Position numbers and translations under genes: made by a program. Shown here in pieces: positions 22,293 through 32,505 of a DNA stretch of 34,270 nt. The number at the start of each line of letters is the position of its first letter. Position 1 is the stretch's first letter. The DNA comes from Chiloscyllium plagiosum. Lineage: Eukaryota. The stretch covers positions 12,090,846 to 12,125,115 of the forward strand of contig NC_057753.1 in NCBI RefSeq assembly GCF_004010195.1, read 5' to 3'. The notes below the pieces were generated by a model. The model was not told the DNA's origin and ran no database searches. It saw nothing but the letters and a program-made list of their open reading frames with translations.

Positions 22293-23226
22293 TGTGGGCA
22301 GTGATAAAGCAATTTTACTTACTTGTAATAGTCATATAAATAATGTAATAAACCAGAGATGTTGTAAAATGCAGTTGGTGCCAGAAAATGTTATCTGACA
22401 GCATTTAGTAAGCTCCACCTACCAACTCACCAGTAAGTTGTTTGGCTTGTTAATTGTTTCTAAGCAGAATATTTCAATCGCAGTAATGTGTACTCGCTTT
22501 TGCATACATCCTGAAGTCTCATAAATGATTGTCATGTATCTCAGCTGTCATGTAACTAGCCATTAAGTACTATGTAATAAACCTACTGTCCTCATTAAGA
22601 CTGAGTGTATCTTCTACTGAAGACTTTGTGTGGGCATCCTTCCCCAACTGCTATCAGAAACTCAGTCCAATGTCAAGAAGGATTGGAGGCAATGTATCTA
22701 CCCATGGTATCACAGGTGGTTCTGGTGGGCACAACCAGAACATACCATTGGGAAGACAGACATAACCTGGTAGAGGTCAACAAGATCAAGAGAGGCATAA
22801 ATGGGGTGGATAGTCAGAGGCTTTTTCCTCGACTGGACAGGTCAGCTTGGGCACAGGTTCAAGGTGAGAAGGGGAAACATTTTCTCACAGAGGCTGGGTG
22901 CCAGGAACACACTGCCAGTGGAGGAGGTGGTCAAAGTTGAAAAAAATCACACAACACCAAATTATAGTCCAACAGGTTTTATTTGAAACTACAAGCTTTT
23001 GGAGCACTGCACCTTCATCAGGTCGCTAGTGGAGATGGTGGAAGCAGGCACATCAGCGAGGTTTAAGGCGTATCTTGATAGACGCATGAATGGAAGGCGA
23101 ACAGAGGGATAGAAGCTGCGCAACAGGTAGCAGGTCTAAGTAAGGTTTAGGATTTGGCGCAGACTTGTTGGGCGGAAGGGCCTGTTTCTGTGATGTGTAT
23201 TGAATCGTGCTGCATTGCATATAGCA
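22293..23226 (+). mobile_element. Putative 3' LTR of the Gypsy element, interrupted by CR1 (~22760-23195) and PLE (~22933-23030) fragments
   Basis: Follows a G-rich purine tract, starts TGT, contains AATAAA (~22575), ends CA before the TSD. Confidence 0.5.
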
Positions 23227-23231
23227 CCATT

Positions 23232-23410
23232 TACAAGTTCATATTGAGATAAGGCTGTCCAGGTTCTCTCACAGCAGCACTGGGTCCAAGCCATGAGGAA
23301 GCTCATTTTTACACCAGTGAATCCACACTGGGGAGAGGCTGTTCAGCGTCTGTGTGTGGAGGAAAGGATTCATTAGCTCATTTAACGTAATGTCAAGGCA
23401 ACAGTAGCAC
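23232..23410 (+). pseudogene. Stranded, decayed C-terminal fingers of ZNF-C
   Basis: QVHIEIRLSRFSHSSTGSKP*GSSFLHQ*IHTGERLFSVCVWRKGFISSFNVMSRQQ*H, followed by a ZNF-type 3' UTR block similar to 5330-5460. Confidence 0.8.
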
Positions 23411-23551
23411 GAGATGGCAGTGGTTTGGTTTCATTGTTTTTGTCACTGTTAACTCAGATATGGGAATAATCCGAGTTCATTCTAGCAGTTCCTCATTCCT
23501 GCCTGGATGTTAATAATTCCTGTAACTGGTCCAGAGTTTAATATCCACAGA

Positions 23552-23845
23552 GGAGATGGTAATATCAATGGACTAGAAATTCAGAGACTCGGCTCAACTG
23601 TGTGGACACTAGCTCAAATTCAATTCATGAAAATAACAAAACTGGAATTGAAGGCTAATCTCAGCCATGAAATCCCAACAGGTTGTTGTAGAAATTCATT
23701 TTTCGGGAAGGAAATCTGCAATTCTCAGATATTCTGGTGCATATGTGGCTCTGGACCATCAGCGATGCGGTTGACTTTTAACCTGATCTCTGAAATGGCC
23801 AACGAATCTGGTCAGTGGGGATACCCATGTCCTGTGAAAAGATTG
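23552..23845 (+). mobile_element. Degenerate copy of the second tRNA-SINE family
   Basis: gggaaggaaatctgc...catatgtggctc...gcgatgcggttgactttta. Confidence 0.6.
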
Positions 23846-23969
23846 TGATCCGGGGGCCACAGTGTGCCTTTAGCAGCTCCTGTCTGTGATCGTAGACCAC
23901 AATTCAGGAGGTCTCATCTGACTTGCTGGGCCATTTCAGAGTGCAATTAAGGGAGAGTCACATGTCCCA

Positions 23970-24265
23970 CACTCCTGATCTATTGGCACCCAATGAGGGA
24001 AGGAGAGACAAGCCTGTGGGCCGCCTTGTGGTTTTGCTCCTGGACCTGGCCAAGATGGCCATTTACAGGTCCATGCACTGGGTTAAAGAAGGCCTTGTTG
24101 CTCCTGACGGTCTGCCTCTCTTTTGAGGCTATGTCCGTGCCCGGCTGTCCCAGGAGAGGAAGCACGTAGTGGTCACCAGGACTGTCGAGGCGTTTTGAGA
24201 CCGCTGGTAGCTGAGAGGGCTAAGGTGTTTTATTGGCCTGGATAATGATATTTTGATATGGTTAA
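23970..24265 (+). mobile_element. Tx1/L1-clade LINE ORF2 C-terminal fragment (T-rich 3' UTR probably continues to ~24760)
   Basis: LLLDLAKMAIYRS...DGLPLF*GYVRARLSQERKH...TVEAF*DRW...DNDILI. Confidence 0.7.
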
Positions 24266-24929
24266 CTCTTTCTGCAGTGTAGGTTTCCGTTTTGGCTTTT
24301 GAGTTTGTGTTTGTTTTCAGTTTTGGTGCTCTGGGAAGAGGGCTGTTTTATTTTCCCTTTGTTCTGATTTTGAACCCCTCGAAGAGACAAAGGAGTTTTT
24401 TTATTTTAGACCCATACTGTCCCTGTCCCAGATTGGGGTGGGGGGGGGTCAGTGCTTGATGGGGACCAGTGTGAGAGGAGTCTTATTTTTAGTTGAAATG
24501 AACAGAGGAATGTCCTCTGGATTTTAAACTATTGTTGTCCCTGTCCTGCGAGCATTCGAGGGAGACAAAGCAGAGATGATTTATTATTTACTTGTTTGTT
24601 TCCGTTGATTTTGTGTTTATTTTTATTTTGGCGCCCGTGTGCTCCTTGCCCAAAAGTGGTGGGTGGGAATAACGTCAAGGGAGAACCATTTATTGTTTGT
24701 TTGTTTGTTTATTTATTTTTGTTTCTTCCCACTGTAAAAGGGTCTTAATTTTCATTTTAACACAGTCAAGGAAGCTTTAGTTTCTGTTTTGAAAGAGGAG
24801 AGTGGACTTTGCACTGTATTTCACAGTGCTGGCCCGAGAGTGTCTGATGGAGACAGGGCTGGAGGGGGAGTCCTTGGGTTTTTCTGTTTGCACCTTTCAT
24901 TTGAAAGAGTAGAGTCATATATCGGCCAA

Positions 24930-25075
24930 ATTTGGAAAAGGGCCTTAGTGAATCCAGGTGGGCTCCAGATTTATTAACTGAATTTAAAGTCCAGGATTCG
25001 AAACTGCGTCCCCAAAGCATTAGCCTGGGCCGTCGGATTACTACTCCACAGCTAGTACCACTATGCCACCATCTC
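24930..25075 (-). mobile_element. 5' part of a tRNA-derived SINE (second family)
   Basis: Minus strand gagatggtggcatagtggtactag...gtaatcc...ctaatgctttgggga..gtttcgaatcc. Confidence 0.6.
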
Positions 25076-25119
25076 AACGCACAGCAACACCCCCCCCCCC
25101 ATTACCTATCCAAGCACAG

Positions 25120-25510
25120 AACGTAAGAAGTAGCAGCAGAAACAGCACATTCAGTCCCTCAAATTTGCACTACCATTCAACAAGACAATGATGGCTCTTC
25201 TACCTTGACACACATTTTCCTGCACTGTCCCCCTATCCTTTGATCTTTAATGTCTGGAAACTAATTGATCTGTTGTTAGGTAGAGAATACCAAATATTCG
25301 CCAGCCTCTGGGTGAAGAAGTTCTCTTCGTCTCAGTCCTAAATGCTTTGCCCAGCACTCCCGCTTTATTCTGAGACTCTGTCCCTTGGTTCCAGATCTGC
25401 CAGCCAAGGGAAACATCCTACACCTACCCGATTGAGCTCTTTAAGGATTTTGTAAGCAACAAAGTGCTCACTTTTCATTCTTTTCATACTCTAGAGAATG
25501 CAGCACCAAT
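25120..25510 (-). mobile_element. Old CR1-type 3' fragment
   Basis: ctctgggtgaagaagtt..ctcagtcctaaatg...ttattctgagact..tcccttggttccaga. Confidence 0.55.
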
Positions 25511-25812
25511 CTGTCCAATTTCTGTGCAGTTAATGTGTCAGGATTAACCAGTGGATCTTTAAGTTTACTCTGTGAACAACTTTCAATTGCATGTGCCTTT
25601 AAAAGAAGTTAATATGCTTTCATAATCAACCTATTCAGACGTTATTACACACATTCTGGAGCAAGTGGGACTTGAACCCCAGTATCCGGGGTAGAGATGC
25701 TACCAGTGCACCACAAGAAGATACAGTGAGAGGTTTTAAGAAAAAAGTCGTTATGTTCAGAGCATACCCTGCTCCAGGGAACCGTGTTTAGATACAACAA
25801 TCTATCAATAGT

Positions 25813-26720
25813 TGTTAGGATGGACTCAAAACTGAACGGCCCCAGGGAGGTGGTCTGACCCTCCTGATGAAGGGCTTTTGCCCGAAACGTCGATTTTTGC
25901 TGAAGCTCCTCGGATGCTGCCTGAACTGCTGTGCTCTTCCAGCACCATTGATCCAGAATCTGGTTTCCAGCATCTGCAGTCATTGCTTTTACCAGAATTG
26001 TCATACAAGCCGGTAACAGGTGCCCCATTGGTCAAGAGTCGTAAATATTAAAGAGGTGATGATTCTGTTAGCAAGATGCACAATATTGTTTAAAATGCTG
26101 CAAATTTACATTGAGAGAGCTTACAAGGAAAAAAAAGCATATTACTGAGTGTGGCAATATCTTGTCCTGGTGTTTTTTTTTGTTGGTCAGAGGTTGCAAA
26201 ACAGAGGCACTCAGCAGTGTACCAAAACCGGTTGAGAAAACAGCTTGGGAGGCCTTGGGTTTTTGTTCAACAGCCTGAATGGGTGTGGCCAATCTCACAA
26301 TTCGGGATTTCTGGATTTTGATTTTTTCAGTAACACCAGAAGCTGTTGGGATCCCAACAGGGTTGGACGCTTTAGTAAATGTCTCCTGGGCGCTACGCGC
26401 TCTGATGATTTTCCCTTCTGGATTGGAGAACTGCATGTGAGAATCTGTGGCTGAAGTTTCCTTTTTGCCAAAGAGGTGTGTTTAGGGGATGTTACTACAT
26501 TAGAATAGTTATTTAGTAATAGTTACTGTATCTATTATTCTGTTAGAGTTAAGTTGTTCTAAGTTTTTTTATGTTTGTATTTTAACTATAATGTTTAAAT
26601 AAATTGTCAAATCGCATCCGGAACACAGCAGTTCATATATTTGCCTTTGAAGTAAGAGAAAATTAGAGCAGAGGCGACCTTTTTGAAGTATTTTGAGCGG
26701 GTCTGGTCTGGTCCAAAACA
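25813..26720 (+). mobile_element. Possible solo LTR
   Basis: TGTTAGGA...TCCAAAACA imperfect inverted termini and AATAAA ~120 nt before the end; no TSD seen. Confidence 0.35.
25862..25895 (+). ncRNA. Minimal type I hammerhead ribozyme motif heading a PLE terminal fragment (25862-25993)
   Basis: CTGATGA (25864-25870), stem II gggc-tttt-gccc, GAAA (25884-25887), palindromic acgt stem III, GTC triplet (25889-25891); stem I only ~2 bp. Confidence 0.65.
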
Positions 26721-27065
26721 CTGAGACCTTTCAATTAGCCAAGGGCGAGAAGTTCTGGAGAACTGAAATTGGGATTTAAAGGGGATAGAAAATTAGAAGT
26801 CAAGAGGTTGCTAAAGATTTGATTTGATTTAATTTAGGTTTATTGTCACGTGTACTCAAGTACAGGGTACAAGAGCACAATGAAAAGTGTACAAAGTCGC
26901 CATTCTCAATGCTATCTTAGTTACAAAGGTACCGGAGTGCAAAGTCTATGGTACAGATATAGGAAACCAAAGAAATAAGTTGTAAAACATTCAGCACCGC
27001 AGATTCTTCTTAATATAAAAGTAGAAAATAAAGAAATAAATTGAAAAGTCAAACATTACATATGT

Positions 27066-27200
27066 TAGGCAGCATTCGTGGAGAGAAATCAGACCCTTCC
27101 TGACCCTAAGCGTTAGCTCTGATATCTCTCCACAGATGCTGTCAGACATGCTGAGCTTTACCGGTAATTTCTGATTTACCGCATCCGGAATTCTTTCGGT
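27066..27200. mobile_element. Collapsed inverted PLE terminal pair (family of 7808-8040)
   Basis: ggcagcattcgtggagagaaatcaga / tctgatatctctccacagatgctgtc. Confidence 0.55.
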
Positions 27201-27344
27201 TCTTCGGTGTTAGCCCCTGGTCAGATTCTCTTCCGCGGTTTCCCTCACCCTGTCCCCCTCCCCACAGTTTGTGAAATTCACCGGCTGTCAGTAATGCAGC
27301 CTCTCTCTCTCTCTCTCACTCGCTGCCTCTCCCGGGACATCATG

Positions 27345-27520
27345 GGCATGCATGTGGAACGAGCTGCCAGAGGAAGCTGCGGAGGCTGGCACAATCACAG
27401 CGTTTGAGAGGCAGCGGGATGGGAATATGAAATAGGAAAGGGTTGCGGGGGGACGCGGGCCAAGCGCCGGCAGATGAGGTGAGGACGGACGAGTTGGACC
27501 GAGGGGTTTGCTTCTGCGCT
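27345..27520 (+). mobile_element. CR1 3' tail fragment, unusually CpG-rich
   Basis: WNELPEEAAEAGTITAF motif and ggaccgaggggtttgcttctgcgc tail. Confidence 0.65.
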
Positions 27521-27807
27521 TGTCCGTCTCCCTGACCCTAAATGTGTGCTCAGCGTGGATAAGTTGGCCCGGGCTGCATGAGTCGGTGTGCAGAGCCTAC
27601 ATATTGAAAGGATCACTGTCTCTCCCCCCCCTCTCTTGTTGTCACCTCACATGTCATGGGAAGAGACTGATTTCATCAGGAGTGAACAGGCAGGTTAGAG
27701 GCAGAAGCTCTTGAGTCTCACCGGCGCTTGGAAATGACACGAATGACCAAGATGGGCTTGTCTCTTCTTTTTTTTTTGTTTCCTTTCCCCAGGGAGAGGA
27801 CTCACAG

Positions 27808-28656
27808 ATGGGGAACCCGGACTTGACCCCCCGCCCGGCCGAGAGTCACCCGGCTCAGCAGGACCCGATCGCCGTCGGTGAGGCGGAAGGCAACCGCAGC
27901 CTGCCCCGTGCGGAAAAAGCGTTCGCCTGCTCCGGCTGCGGCCGGGGCTTCCGCCGGTCGTGCGACCTGGGGCGGCACCGGTGCCACCGGGCGCGGCCGT
28001 GCGAGTGCCGGGACTGCGGGAGGGGCTTCAGTTACCCCTCGGAGCTGGAGGCCCACCGGCGGGCGCACACCGGCGAGCGGCCGTTCGCCTGCCCGCAGTG
28101 CGGGAAGGGCTTCGCCCGCTGGTGCAACCTGCGGGCCCACCAGCAGGTCCACCGCCGCGGGGGCAGGCCGTTCGCCTGCCCGCAGTGCGGGCGCGGCTTC
28201 CTGCGGCCCTCGCACCTGCTGCAGCACCGGCGGGTGCACACCGGCGAGCGGCCGTACCCCTGCGGCGAGTGCGGCCGGGGCTTCGGCCAGTCCTCCGACC
28301 TGCTGAAGCACCGGCGGGTGCACACCGGCGAGCGGCCGTTCGCCTGCCCGCAGTGCGGGGAGCGGTTCACCCAGGGCTCGCACCTGCTGAGGCACCGGCG
28401 GGCGCACGCCGGCGAGCGGCCGTTCCAGTGCCCCGTCTGCGAGAAGCGGTTCACCCAGGCGTCCAGCCTGCTCAGGCACCGGCGGGCGCACGCCGGGGTG
28501 AAGCCCTTCGTCTGCTCGCTGTGCGGCCGGGGCTTCGCCGAGTCCTCCATGCTGCTGAGGCACCAGCGGGTGCACACGGGCAAGGAGTCGGTGCACCCCC
28601 CGCTGCAGTGCTCCGATTCTGCGGGCGGAGCCTCGCCTCGTCAGCTTCACGACTGA
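27808..28656 (+). CDS. Tandem C2H2 zinc-finger protein, 8 fingers, first atypical (ZNF-D)
   Basis: 282-aa ORF; seven canonical fingers plus CSGC...HRCH; strong pyrimidine tract and AG acceptor at 27791-27792, in frame with the ATG. Confidence 0.92.
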   Translation: MGNPDLTPRPAESHPAQQDPIAVGEAEGNRSLPRAEKAFACSGCGRGFRRSCDLGRHRCHRARPCECRDCGRGFSYPSELEAHRRAHTGERPFACPQCGKGFARWCNLRAHQQVHRRGGRPFACPQCGRGFLRPSHLLQHRRVHTGERPYPCGECGRGFGQSSDLLKHRRVHTGERPFACPQCGERFTQGSHLLRHRRAHAGERPFQCPVCEKRFTQASSLLRHRRAHAGVKPFVCSLCGRGFAESSMLLRHQRVHTGKESVHPPLQCSDSAGGASPRQLHD

Positions 28657-28742
28657 ATGCCCCCCCACCACCCACCACCACCAACCCGAGGGGCTCGTCT
28701 TGACTCGGCGGCGCTGCCTGGCCTGGGACAAGACAGATTCGA

Positions 28743-28949
28743 GGAGAAAGTGAGGTCTGCAGATGCTGGAGATCAAAGTTGAAACTTTATTGCTGGAACA
28801 GCACAGCAGGTCAGGCAGCATCCAGGGAACAGGAGATTCGACGTTTCGGGCACAGGCCCTTCTTCAGGATTCCTGAAGATTCCTGAAGAATCTCCTGTTC
28901 CCTGGATGCTGCCTGACCTGCTGTGCTGTTCCAGCAATAAAGTTTCAAC
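28743..28949. repeat. PLE-terminal fold-back element downstream of ZNF-D; perfect 62-bp inverted repeat
   Basis: 28778-28839 is the exact reverse complement of 28888-28949; loop contains a hammerhead motif and tandem ttcctgaaga. Confidence 0.92.
28835..28872 (-). ncRNA. Minimal type I hammerhead ribozyme motif with intact core
   Basis: Minus strand gaatc-CTGAAGA-a-gggc-ctgt-gccc-GAAA-c-GTC-gaatc; stem I pairs 4 of 5; predicted cleavage between 28840 and 28839. Confidence 0.7.
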
Positions 28950-29299
28950 CCAGACAAGACATATTCGACTTACAAAGTTTCCGGACGTCTCCTGTGGGCT
29001 GGGTGGCGGTGAACCAGCTGGCTTCTGTTTCTGGTGAGGTTGTGCCGGAGGTGAAATATCAGCGGCCAGAAGCTCTCCTGTTGGCCTTCGAAATCTCACG
29101 GCTTCACATCTTCCACACGGCCTCAGCGGGCAGGAATGGAACCCCGGTGTAGCATCCTCAGTCAACCCTTCGTGGCACTCCTTATTTTGTATTGCATGAC
29201 AGTAACTTGATGAATATAACGTAGGTATAGGTAGACTGGAGCTTCAGTGTACAGATGCTGCGCGTATGCATTCTTACGAAGAAACTCAGCCCCAGCTGA

Positions 29300-29645
29300 C
29301 TGTCCCTCTGAAGCGCGAGAGACAATGGCCCTTCCATCTATCGTCCGGAAAAAAAGCAAAACAAAAGAGTTAGACTGAGGTTTTTTCCAGCCCATTCCCA
29401 CAGCAAAACCCCACCAGTCGATTAACAGCAGGACCCCTGGAAGATGTGGACCATATCTCGTATCTTGGGAGCCGTACAGATGATGAAAATTCGTCACCAA
29501 GCCCAAACTGCGGCCAACCAACTGGGCATTTGTAGGCCAGGATCTCTGACCTGAGACTAAGGTCGTGGCTTCCTGGGCAGCAGTGCTGCTATGGACTGTG
29601 TAACTCGGACCACCAACAGCCGTCACGTCAACGCACCCAGAGAAA
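29300..29645 (+). mobile_element. RTE-clade LINE RT C-terminal fragment, degenerate
   Basis: LEDVDHISYLGS..DDE...QDL*PETKV...AAVL...TT.SRHV. Confidence 0.6.
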
Positions 29646-30654
29646 CAGGGGGCTTTTGCATGAGAGTGGTAGGAATATGCTGTTGGATAAAGAGGGAAGT
29701 GGTCAGGTCTGGAGGGTGAGAGTGATTAAGTAACAATTGTATCATGGAATTAAAAGCAAAGGCTAACAACTTTGGTCCAAAGTGTTAATGTCAGAGAGTG
29801 AAGGTCAAAAGCCTGTCTGGTCCATCTCTTTTTGAGTTTCTGTGAACCTTTGAAGTGTGCTTGTATCCTGGTTAGTTCATTTTACTGCTGGTGTTCAGCA
29901 CGACCGAGAAAAGAACTGGGAAACCGTTTCCATTCACCTCTTTCAGGTAGAATGACCTTCTTGTATTGAATTGTGTCAGTTTTATTGTCACAAACTCACG
30001 TGAGTGCAGTGAAAAGTTGATAAGTCGCCGCTTCCAGTGCCATCTTCCATTCCAAGATTAGTTACGGTGAAATAATGTCACCAACACACAGCACAGAGGA
30101 CCTAGATACAACCCTTAGTTACAGAATAGAGAAATCATTGCAGCTATACGCAGCACCACCATAGGTCAGAGGAAACAAGTAGTTACAAAGACAAACATCA
30201 CTGTCTCTCTTCAGGAGCTCTGCACAGGGGACCTCCATGTGGCCCAACTGCTGGCTGTTATTCATGCTCCGCACTGGGCCGCTGCCTCTCCTTTGGAGGT
30301 TGGGAGTGAAAGGCCAGGGCTGAGTCTTCGAGGCTGAGGGAAGGGCGAGCAGGGCAGACAAGGGGGAGAAATGGAGGAAATGAACAGGCAGAGTGGGTGA
30401 GCTCTGGATGGAGCGTCTTACTTTACTGCCATTACTGAAGCATAAAATTCTTACTTCTACATTCAATTTCCATTGTAGCAAAAGATAGCATTCCATTAGC
30501 CTTCTCTATTGCATGCTGTACCTGCACATTAACTTTTTGTGACTCATTCTAGAACACCTAAATCCCTCTGCACCTTAGACTTCCACAGTTATCCTCTGTA
30601 CTCTGCTTTTTCAACTTCACGTTACAATTAATCTGCCAGAATGAATCTCCTGAC

Positions 30655-31010
30655 GGGGGAGGCAATGGCCTAGTGGTGTTATCACTAGGTTGTTAATCCA
30701 GAGACCCCTGGTAATGTTCTGGGGCCCTGGGTTCAAATACCCCCACGGCAGATGGTGGAAGTTGAATTCAGTAAGAATTTGGAATTAAGTGTCTGATGAT
30801 CGTCACAAAACCAGTGTTAGGAATACCCATTTTGTTCACTCATGTCCTTTTGGGAAGGAAACTGCCATCCTTACCTGGTCTGGCCGACATATGGCTCCAA
30901 ACCCACAGCAATGTGGTTGACTCTTAACTGCCCTCTGGGCACTTAGGGATGAGCAATAAACACGTGCCCAGCTAGTGACACTCAGATCCCATGAATGAAT
31001 TTTTAAAAAT
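30655..31010 (+). mobile_element. Full-length tRNA-derived SINE (second family)
   Basis: A box tggcctagtgg, B box gggttcaaatac, shared body, tail cccatgaatgaat. Confidence 0.8.
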
Positions 31011-31417
31011 TAATTTTGGGGACGTGGACTGGTTGCACAGAAGGGTCTGTTTCCATGCGTATGACTATATACATTCCTCTGACAGTGCTAGCGGGGCTGT
31101 GGAATTAATTGGATAGACTTCCAAAGAGCGAGCCCAGGCATGACGGCCTGAAGGTTTTCTGATCTGTGCTGTATGGATCTGTACGACAATGGATAGTCAT
31201 TACTTGGGGATGCAGAATGTACGAGAGAAGGAACGGCTAATGTGCAATTGAACACAATCAGAGTCAGCACTTACAGGGGTGGAGAGAGAGGCACCAATGG
31301 GAAATCTTTAAACGCTCAGCAGATTTCCATGGAAGACTAGTGGGTTGCAATCACTTTTAAGACATGAATCATTGTGGAGCATTCCTTCATTAGGATTCAA
31401 GTGTACTTTTAAAATTC

Positions 31418-31760
31418 ATAGTATCACTAGTGTGGAAGCAAGGCACACAGCCCACCCAGTCCACACCACCCCTCCGAAGAACATCCAACCCAAACCCACC
31501 CCCCTACCCTAACCCTGTAACCCTGCATTTCCCATGACTAATCCCCCTGGCCTGGCCTGCATATCCCTGGCCACAACGGGGCAATTTAGCGTAGCCAATC
31601 CACCTAACCTGCACATCTTTAGACTGTGGGAGGAAACCGTAGGGAACCCATGCGGATAGGGGGAGAGCATGCTAACTCCACACAAACAGTCGGCTGAGAT
31701 GGGAATCAAACCTGGATTCCTGGCACTGAGAGGCAGCCGTGCTAACCTGTGTGCTTCCCC
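31418..31760 (-). mobile_element. HE1-like V-SINE
   Basis: Reverse complement of tRNA head and V-domain (ggttagcacggctgcctctcagtgccagg...gtgtggagttagcatgctctcccc). Confidence 0.8.
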
Positions 31761-32087
31761 ATTCATTTATCTCAATTGAGTATCGAGGAAAGAGGGGAGG
31801 ACTTACAGGTGGGGTGGGGCAGGTGGGTGATGTAGTTTGTTTTTCACTGAGACCATGGTGGGAATCTGAAAGAGTGGGAGAGGCAGGAACCCTCATAACA
31901 TTTAAGAGGGACTTAGAAGCCAAAGGCTGTGGGACAAATGTTGGAAGAATGGGCTGAGAATAATTAGGTGCTAGTTTTTGACTCAATGGGCTGAATGGCC
32001 TTTTTTGGTGTTGTGGATCTCTCTGACTCTGTTTGATGCTCCAGTGGTGCTACTATGACCCAGCATTCCCCTTTGAGTATGAAGACC

Positions 32088-32505
32088 CTCAAACACAGAA
32101 ATTGCAGGAGAAACTCAGCAGGTCTCGCAGCACCTGTGCAGCAAAAGGCAACGGAAATGCTTCGATAACAATGACCCTTCTTCACAACTGATGATAGCTC
32201 GGAAAAGGTGGGATACATGCCACAGATGGGGAGGGGTGTTGTGGAGAAGTGAGGAAATGGGCAGAAAGGGAGTACGGATTGAGTGAGACAGAGACAGATC
32301 GACAGGCAACGGGATGCTGAGGAGACAGAAAAGCCAATGACAGGGGAAACCATAAGAAAGTAAAAACAGGCTGGAAGCATTCCGTGCCATTGATCGGGCC
32401 TGGGGGTGTGGGTAAAAGTTGGAAGGAAGTGTTTGTGATGTAAAGTCACTGAACTCAGTATTGAGTTCTGAAGGCTGCAGGGACCCCAAGTCAGAAAGTG
32501 AGGAT
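32088..32505 (-). mobile_element. PLE 3' end: C-terminus of the GIY-YIG-bearing ORF plus terminal repeat
   Basis: LGSLQPSELNTEF matches the L.TL.P.GLN C-terminal PLE motif; pyrimidine-rich 3' UTR; degenerate hammerhead gtgaagaagggtca. Confidence 0.7.

Larger units (their letters stand above)
18208..23226 (+). mobile_element. Decayed Gypsy (Ty3) LTR retrotransposon with nested insertions
   Basis: TG...CA termini with flanking CCATC (18203-18207) / CCATT (23227-23231); Gag relic EEQVNTLLY...AFDKYF...CDYG...NRIVIGISD..LSEMLQ (~18500-18810); knuckle relic QCNYC..GH (~19060-19090); protease relic KLDVVG...LQPSDK...EGILSAVLKY...SLLS (~20885-21105); purine tract then TG at 22293. Confidence 0.78.

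Noticed and set aside
27802..28821. 339-aa antisense ORF and other alternate-frame ORFs over ZNF-D
   Set aside because: Same GC/periodicity artefact; the 339-aa ORF starts inside a PLE repeat
29040..29165. Possible DeuSINE-like fragment on the minus strand
   Set aside because: Resemblance is from memory and too degenerate to support without an alignment
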